Shown: positions 58,643 through 64,000 of the stretch, in pieces
How the letters are laid out: each line of letters begins with the position of its first letter
How positions within the stretch are numbered: the first letter of the stretch is position 1
The notes under the pieces: model-generated
Told to the model about the DNA's origin: nothing
What the model saw: the letters and a program-made list of their open reading frames with translations, nothing else
Databases searched by the model: none
From: an uncultured Candidatus Saccharibacteria bacterium
Lineage (GTDB): Bacteria; Patescibacteriota; Minisyncoccia; Phycocordibacterales; Phycocordibacteraceae
DNA length: 64,000 nt
NCBI GenBank assembly: GCA_964402535.1
Contig: CAYOCH010000003.1
Location: forward strand, 1,825 to 65,824
Direction: 5' to 3'
Position numbers and translations under genes: made by a program

Positions 58643-60913
58643 ATGACAACCGGAACGTATCCCATCATCGGCATGCACTGCGCCTCCTGCGCAGCGACGA
58701 TCGAGAAGCGTCTCTCGAAGGTTGACGGCGTCGCATCAGTGCAGGTGAATTTCGGCACCGAGGCGGCCAAGATCGCCTATGACGAGTCCAAGACGGATCT
58801 CAAACGACTTTCAAGCGTTATTTCACCGCTCGGCTATACGATCGCTCTGCCGCAGCCGGCAGCCGGCGCAAGCACGCCGGACAGCGAGCACGCAGCGCAC
58901 GTCGGGTCGCACCAGTCGAAGCAGGAGAAGCTCGCGGAGATCGCGGCGATGCGCCGCACCGTCTTCGCGCTCATTCCGCTCGCGGTGCTCGCCTCAGCCT
59001 ATCTAATCGACATCGTCTTCTTCGGACTGCCGCCGGCCCTATCGTGGATCACGGAGTACGCCATGCCGCTCCTTGCGACCGTGTCGTTCGTCGTGGGCGG
59101 CCGGCCCTACCTCCTCGGGCTCTTCCGATTCCTCCGCCACGGTACGGCGAACATGGATACGCTCATCGGGCTCGGCACCTTGGCAGCCTACCTTTACAGC
59201 CTGGCTGTCACGTTCTTCGGCTCAGCGCTCGGATCCTACGTGGACACCACGGCGACCTACTTCGACGTGACGGTCATTGTCATCACGTTCATCACGATTG
59301 GCAAATACCTTGAGGCGCAGGCCAAGGTGAAGACCGGCGATGCGATCGAAAAGCTCTTGAACCTCCAGGCCAAGACCGCGCTCGTCGTGCGCGACGGCAA
59401 GGAGGTCGAGATCCCAGTCTCGGAGGTCGTGCATGGCGACCGGATCATCGTGAAGCCGTCGGCGCGGATCCCTGTCGACGGTACGGTCGCCGACGGCTCC
59501 TCGTATGTCGACGAGTCGATGGTGACCGGCGAGCCGATGCCGGTCAAGAAAGAGGCGGGCGATACGGTCGTCGCTGGGACGATGAATACGAGCGGGACGT
59601 TCACGTTTATGGCGACCAAGGTCGGCAGCGAGACGATGCTCGCGCATATCATCACGATGGTCGAAGAGGCGCAGGGGAGCCGCGCGCCAATCCAGGCGCT
59701 CGTGGATCGGATCTCTGCGGTCTTCGTTCCGACCGTGCTCGTGCTCGCGTTCGTCGCGCTCGGCGCATGGCTCTACTTCGGCACCGGACCGCTCGGCTTC
59801 CCGCAGGCCTTGGCCTATGGCCTCACCTCGTTCATCGGCATCCTCGTCATTGCCTGCCCGTGTGCCCTCGGTCTTGCAACGCCGACGGCGATCATCGTGG
59901 GCGTCGGGAAGGGTGCGCGCGAGGGGATCCTCATCAAGGACGCCGCAACGCTCGAGAAGCTTCACAAGGTCTCGGTGGTGGTAGTCGACAAGACCGGGAC
60001 CCTCACTCGCGGCAAGCCGGACATCGTGTCGACCGAGAACCGCTCGAACCTCAGCGACGATGAGGTCATCTCTGTCCTGGCGTCACTCGAGGATCGATCG
60101 GAGCATCCTATCGCGCACGCGATCGTCTCTTACGCGAAAGGGAAGGATATCGCGCTCTTGAACGTGAGCGACTTCGAGCAGATCAAGGGCATGGGCGTGA
60201 CCGGGATTATCGGCGGCGTGACTTATCACGCGGGCAGCGCGAAGCTGGCGGCATCGCTCGGCGCGCCGCTCGAATCGCTCGACAACGACACGAAGCAGGG
60301 GAGGACGCCGGTCGTGCTCGTGACCGGGGCGAAGGTGATCGCCATCGTGATGGTCGCCGACGCGATCAAGCCGGAATCGATCCAGGCCGTGAAGGATCTG
60401 CACGCGCTCGGGATCCGCGTCGTGATGCTCACGGGCGACGATGCGAACACGGCGCGGGCGATCGCGAAGGAGGCGGGCATCGATGACGTGGTCGCCGAAG
60501 TGATGCCGGCCGACAAGCTTGCGAAGATCAAGGCGCTGCAGCAGGAGGGCGCGATCGTCGCGATGGCCGGCGACGGCGTGAACGACGCACCGGCCTTGGC
60601 GCAGGCGGACGTCGGGATCGCGATGGCGACCGGCACGGACGTCGCGATCGAGTCGGCTGGCATCACGCTCTTGCATGGAGACATCGGCAAGCTCGTGAAG
60701 GCGGTTCATCTGTCGAAGTTCACGATGCGCGGCATCAAGCAGAACCTCTTCTGGGCCTTCGTCTACAACGTGGTCGGTATCCCGCTCGCCGGCGGCGCCC
60801 TGTACCCGCTCTTCGGCTGGCTCCTCTCGCCGGTCTTCGCCGGATTCGCGATGGCGGCCTCGAGCGTGTCGGTCGTAGGTAACTCGCTCCGGATCAAGGC
60901 AAAGGCGCTATGA
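58643..60913 (+). CDS. copA: copper-translocating P-type ATPase
   Basis: N-terminal HMA domain GMHCASCAATIEKRL, TM CPC motif, DKTGTLT, GDGVNDAPAL. Confidence 0.95.
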   Translation: MTTGTYPIIGMHCASCAATIEKRLSKVDGVASVQVNFGTEAAKIAYDESKTDLKRLSSVISPLGYTIALPQPAAGASTPDSEHAAHVGSHQSKQEKLAEIAAMRRTVFALIPLAVLASAYLIDIVFFGLPPALSWITEYAMPLLATVSFVVGGRPYLLGLFRFLRHGTANMDTLIGLGTLAAYLYSLAVTFFGSALGSYVDTTATYFDVTVIVITFITIGKYLEAQAKVKTGDAIEKLLNLQAKTALVVRDGKEVEIPVSEVVHGDRIIVKPSARIPVDGTVADGSSYVDESMVTGEPMPVKKEAGDTVVAGTMNTSGTFTFMATKVGSETMLAHIITMVEEAQGSRAPIQALVDRISAVFVPTVLVLAFVALGAWLYFGTGPLGFPQALAYGLTSFIGILVIACPCALGLATPTAIIVGVGKGAREGILIKDAATLEKLHKVSVVVVDKTGTLTRGKPDIVSTENRSNLSDDEVISVLASLEDRSEHPIAHAIVSYAKGKDIALLNVSDFEQIKGMGVTGIIGGVTYHAGSAKLAASLGAPLESLDNDTKQGRTPVVLVTGAKVIAIVMVADAIKPESIQAVKDLHALGIRVVMLTGDDANTARAIAKEAGIDDVVAEVMPADKLAKIKALQQEGAIVAMAGDGVNDAPALAQADVGIAMATGTDVAIESAGITLLHGDIGKLVKAVHLSKFTMRGIKQNLFWAFVYNVVGIPLAGGALYPLFGWLLSPVFAGFAMAASSVSVVGNSLRIKAKAL

Positions 60914-60949
60914 TGCAAGCGGGGTTCGCTGATGATTATTACATAACAG

Positions 60950-61372
60950 ATGCCCATGATGCAGGGATATAACGACGAGCTCCCGGGAAAGAGCTACACG
61001 ATCAAGAAGAAGGTCCAGGATTCGTTCGCAGATGCTGTCGCGAAGACGAAAGAGGCGCTCGCGAGGGAAGGGTTCGGGATCCTGCACGAGCACGACGTCC
61101 AAGCGACGCTTAAGAAGAAGATCGACGCAGCGATCGGCGGGTACGTCATCCTCGGCGCCTGCAACCCGCCGCTCGCGCGCGACGCGCTCCAGCTCGACAA
61201 GGACGTCGGGGTCTTCTTGCCGTGCAACGTGGTCGTCTACGAGGACGAGGACGCCGTCGTCGTCGCGGCGGTGCGTCCGAGCGCGGTGATGGGGAGCATC
61301 GGCTCCTCGGGGATCGCATCGATCGCGCAGGAAGTAGAGGAGAAATTAACACGTGCTGTCGATAACATATAA
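60950..61372 (+). CDS. DUF302 domain protein
   Basis: FGILHEHDVQATLKKK...ILGACNPPLA...VFLPCNVVVYED, typical of DUF302; often linked to metal-resistance loci. Confidence 0.7.
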   Translation: MPMMQGYNDELPGKSYTIKKKVQDSFADAVAKTKEALAREGFGILHEHDVQATLKKKIDAAIGGYVILGACNPPLARDALQLDKDVGVFLPCNVVVYEDEDAVVVAAVRPSAVMGSIGSSGIASIAQEVEEKLTRAVDNI

Positions 61373-61375
61373 CGC

Positions 61376-61549
61376 ATGAATTCGAATACTCATCCGGTCA
61401 AGATGGTCACTGATGTCGTGTGCGGCATGGAGTTGAACCTAGAAGAAGTACGCTATGCGTACGAACATGGCGGCACGGAATATTACTTCTGTTCCGAAAC
61501 GTGCAAAGACCACTTCGTCGATGATCCCGAGGCGTATGTGGGAGAATAA
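61376..61549 (+). CDS. YHS/TRASH domain metal-binding protein (57 aa)
   Basis: VCGMEL...YYFCSETCKDHF matches the YHS/TRASH domain; below the ORF-track size cutoff. Confidence 0.6.
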   Translation: MNSNTHPVKMVTDVVCGMELNLEEVRYAYEHGGTEYYFCSETCKDHFVDDPEAYVGE

Positions 61550-61552
61550 GAA

Positions 61553-61783
61553 GTGGGATCTGACTCATATATGAAATCATCGACGTTCATACACGGTGTC
61601 GCGATATTCGCCGGGATATGGGGAATGCTCGCACTCATTGCCGCGTGGGCTGCCGGCGATAGGGGGACGGCGCTTGGATTCTCGCAACTGCATCTGTATA
61701 TAGACGCGATTGTCCTGGTCCTCATCTCGATTTCCGCTGGCGTCTGCGCGATCTACCGTCGTCAGCTCGAGCACGAGACTTAG
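61553..61783 (+). CDS. small two-TM membrane protein (hypothetical)
   Basis: 76 aa, lower GC; an alternative ATG lies at 61571. Confidence 0.4.
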   Translation: MGSDSYMKSSTFIHGVAIFAGIWGMLALIAAWAAGDRGTALGFSQLHLYIDAIVLVLISISAGVCAIYRRQLEHET

Positions 61784-61803
61784 TAACATCACACATACAA
61801 GAT

Positions 61804-62094
61804 ATGCACGGTAACAAAAATGAAACCAACGGGAGGTCGATGTCCTGGATGATGCTATTTTTCGCCATCCCGCTCGTACTTCTGTTGATCTTCGGGCTCG
61901 GCGGGCAGGCAGCAGGACTGCCTTCTTGGGCGGTATGGGGATTCGTCATCCTCATGGCCGCGGGTCACCTCTTCACGATGCGGTCGCATAATCCGGACGC
62001 AGAGCGCTCTGCGGAGAGCAGTGACGATACACAACAGCAGCAGCAGCCTGACAAGCACAACGACGCTCCTGCCGGCCGCAGCTGCTGCCATTAG
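61804..62094 (+). CDS. DUF2933-like small membrane protein
   Basis: WMMLFFAIPLVLLLIFGLGG...WGFVILMAAGHLFTMRSHN matches the DUF2933 pattern; C-terminal CCH. An alternative start lies at 61840. Confidence 0.5.
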   Translation: MHGNKNETNGRSMSWMMLFFAIPLVLLLIFGLGGQAAGLPSWAVWGFVILMAAGHLFTMRSHNPDAERSAESSDDTQQQQQPDKHNDAPAGRSCCH

Positions 62095-62098
62095 CGTC

Positions 62099-62557
62099 AT
62101 GAGCACAAAACAAAAAGCCACGATATTCGGGAGCGGCATCATCGCGGTCGTCGCGCTCATGACCGTCTACTTCGGTGTCGTGTCGGCTGTTTCCGGCTTC
62201 CAGTTCGCCAACGCGCAATGGGAGCAGTATTGGCCGTATCTCGGGGCGCTCGTGCTCGGCTTCGGCATCCAGATCATGCTCTACACGTATCTGCGCGAAC
62301 TCGTGCGGACGGCCGGCACGCAGATGTCCGGCGGCACTGTCGCCGCCACCGGGACGACGTCGACGCTCGCGATGATCTCGTGCTGCACGCACTATCTGGT
62401 GAACATCATCCCGATCCTCGGCGTTACCGGCCTCGTCACGATCGTCTCCCAATATCAGGTGAAGATCTTCTGGGTCGGTATCGCGTTCAACGTGCTCGGC
62501 ATGCTCTTCATCGGCAGCCGAATCAGAAAGCTTAAGAAACACGCCTATGCAGCATAA
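62099..62557 (+). CDS. polytopic membrane protein with CC motif (hypothetical, in a metal-resistance context)
   Basis: The ATG at 62099 follows the upstream stop; ~4 TM helices; SCCTHY motif. Confidence 0.55.
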   Translation: MSTKQKATIFGSGIIAVVALMTVYFGVVSAVSGFQFANAQWEQYWPYLGALVLGFGIQIMLYTYLRELVRTAGTQMSGGTVAATGTTSTLAMISCCTHYLVNIIPILGVTGLVTIVSQYQVKIFWVGIAFNVLGMLFIGSRIRKLKKHAYAA

Positions 62558-63005
62558 AGGAATCATCATCGCGTACGTCATCGTGTCCCTCATCGGCGCG
62601 GCGGTCGTCTATCGGATCGTCGCCGGTTCGGGGAGCGGTGCGCCGGTATCGCCGCAGGCGAGCGGCGTGAGCAGCCAATCGCAATGGGAATCGAAGTCAG
62701 ACGATCAGGCGAACGTGACAGTCATCGTGAAGCCTCTCGATCTCCGACCGGAATCAAAGGTGTGGACATTCGATATCGGAATGAACACGCATTCGGTAGA
62801 ATTGAATCAAGATATGACAAAAATCGCCGTGCTGGTCGACGATACCGGGAAGGAATACCAACCGCTCGGGTGGGAGGGCGATGCGGGCGGCCACCACCGC
62901 GAGGGCACCCTCTCTTTCTCGAGCATCTCGCCCACGCCGAAGTCCGTGACGCTTCGGGTGAGCGGCATCGCCGACGTCGTTCGGACGTTCACATGGTCGA
63001 TATAG
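62547..63005 (+). CDS. membrane-anchored hypothetical protein (periplasmic beta-rich domain)
   Basis: 152 aa: N-terminal TM, then a domain with GGHH. Confidence 0.5.
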   Translation: MQHKGIIIAYVIVSLIGAAVVYRIVAGSGSGAPVSPQASGVSSQSQWESKSDDQANVTVIVKPLDLRPESKVWTFDIGMNTHSVELNQDMTKIAVLVDDTGKEYQPLGWEGDAGGHHREGTLSFSSISPTPKSVTLRVSGIADVVRTFTWSI

Positions 63006-63012
63006 CGCTGCC

Positions 63013-64000
63013 ATGACCACTAAAAAGGATATCGCTCGCACGTTACTGGCCACAGCCGGCGTCGAGCTGGACGGCTCCCATCCGTGGGATATGCGCGTGC
63101 ATGACGAGCGCACGTTTGCTCGCGTCTTCCGCGACGGTTCTCTCGGGCTCGGCGAGTCGTATATGGACGGCTGGTGGGAATGCGATGCGCTTGACGGGTT
63201 CTTCTATCGCATTTTGCACTCACGACTCGACGATACGGTGAAGAAGAGTTGGCCGGTGCTCTGGCGAGCCGCCGTGTCGCAGTTGTCGAATCAGCAATCC
63301 CGCAGGCGAGCATTCATCATCGGTGAGCGGCACTACGACACGGGGAATGACCTGTTCGTCCCGATGCTGGGGAGCTCGATGGCCTATTCATGCGGCTACT
63401 GGAGCGGCAATCCGCCGGCAACGGATCTCGACAAGGCGCAAGAGGCGAAGTTCGACCTCATCTGCCGGAAACTCGGCTTGAAGAAGGGGATGACGGTGCT
63501 CGATATCGGGTGCGGTTGGGGAGGATTCATGAAATATGCCGCTACGGTGTACGGTGTCCGCGCGGTCGGCGTCACCGTCTCTAAGGAGCAGGCGGCGTTT
63601 GCGAAAGAGGCATGCAAGGGTTTGCCGGTCGAGGTCAGGCTGCAGGACTACCGGGATATCGATGAGACGTTCGATCGCGTCGTTTCGGTCGGGATGGTTG
63701 AGCATGTGGGGTATAAGAATTACCGCACGTACCTGCAGACCGCATCCCGCGCCTTGAACGAGGATGGGTTGTTCCTGCTCCACACCATCGGCAGCAACGA
63801 ATCCACCACCATGACCGATCCCTGGATCGAGAAATATATCTTCCCCAACGGCCAACTGCCGTCTATCGCGCAGCTCGGGAAGGCGGCTGAGGGACTCTTC
63901 GTCGTAGAGGATTGGCACAACTTCGGTGCGGATTATGATCGTACGCTTGTCGCATGGCACGAGAACTTCGAGAAGGCGTGGCCCGACCTGAAGCAGGCCT
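63013..64000 (+). CDS. cfa: cyclopropane-fatty-acyl-phospholipid synthase family SAM-dependent methyltransferase (3' truncated by window edge)
   Basis: VLDIGCGWGGF SAM-binding motif; ...YIFPNGQLPS...; the open frame continues to the window end. Confidence 0.85.
   Translation, partial: MTTKKDIARTLLATAGVELDGSHPWDMRVHDERTFARVFRDGSLGLGESYMDGWWECDALDGFFYRILHSRLDDTVKKSWPVLWRAAVSQLSNQQSRRRAFIIGERHYDTGNDLFVPMLGSSMAYSCGYWSGNPPATDLDKAQEAKFDLICRKLGLKKGMTVLDIGCGWGGFMKYAATVYGVRAVGVTVSKEQAAFAKEACKGLPVEVRLQDYRDIDETFDRVVSVGMVEHVGYKNYRTYLQTASRALNEDGLFLLHTIGSNESTTMTDPWIEKYIFPNGQLPSIAQLGKAAEGLFVVEDWHNFGADYDRTLVAWHENFEKAWPDLKQA

Overview
A 64 kb, high-GC (~65%) bacterial chromosomal window dominated by a near-complete ribosomal-protein superoperon on the + strand. 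It runs rpsL-rpsG / fusA / tuf-rpsJ / rplC-rplD-rplW-rplB / rpsS-rplV-rpsC-rplP-rpmC-rpsQ-rplN-rplX-rplE-rpsN-rpsH-rplF-rplR-rpsE-rplO-secY / adk-map-ndk. L30 is absent between rpsE and rplO. This, together with a four-helix-bundle protein and Lys/Ala-rich tails on several r-proteins, is compatible with a CPR/Patescibacteria-like or other streamlined lineage; that assignment is inference only.

Upstream lie rpsO (partial), an NYN/LabA-like gene, a DksA/TraR zinc-finger gene, yifB/comM, an M23/LysM peptidase, a UvrD/PcrA helicase and rsmA (ksgA). There is also a six-gene cell-surface/membrane cluster (9010-15420) of unknown function. Downstream are the infC-rpmI-rplT operon (- strand), a PLD-like nuclease, redox/membrane housekeeping genes (FMN reductase, DedA, VKOR, Bcp), BER glycosylases (nth, mutY-like), an MFS transporter, two beta-CASP RNases (one is RNase J), an Opp-like SBP, secG, groES-groEL, a MacAB-like efflux trio, a CsoR-CopA copper module with DUF302/YHS/DUF2933 accessories, and a partial cfa-family methyltransferase. 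No rRNA, tRNA or CRISPR arrays were found.

The unusual features are these:
- The ribosomal superoperon is cut at five junctions by autonomous orphan genes with their own promoters and terminators: rpsG|fusA, fusA|tuf, rpsJ|rplC, rplB|rpsS and secY|adk.
- A near-identical 24-nt segment encoding the octapeptide GGSASGGK occurs in three different ribosomal protein genes (rplX, rpsH, rplR).
- A low-GC island carries a four-helix-bundle gene flanked by TTTAAAT/GTTTAAAC-type palindromes. A related palindrome sits in the rpsL-rpsG spacer.
- A low-GC Doc-toxin/HTH-antitoxin/DUF1653 island sits behind an array of GGTTAAC palindromes.
- A perfect 24-bp AT palindrome lies inside the mutY-like gene.
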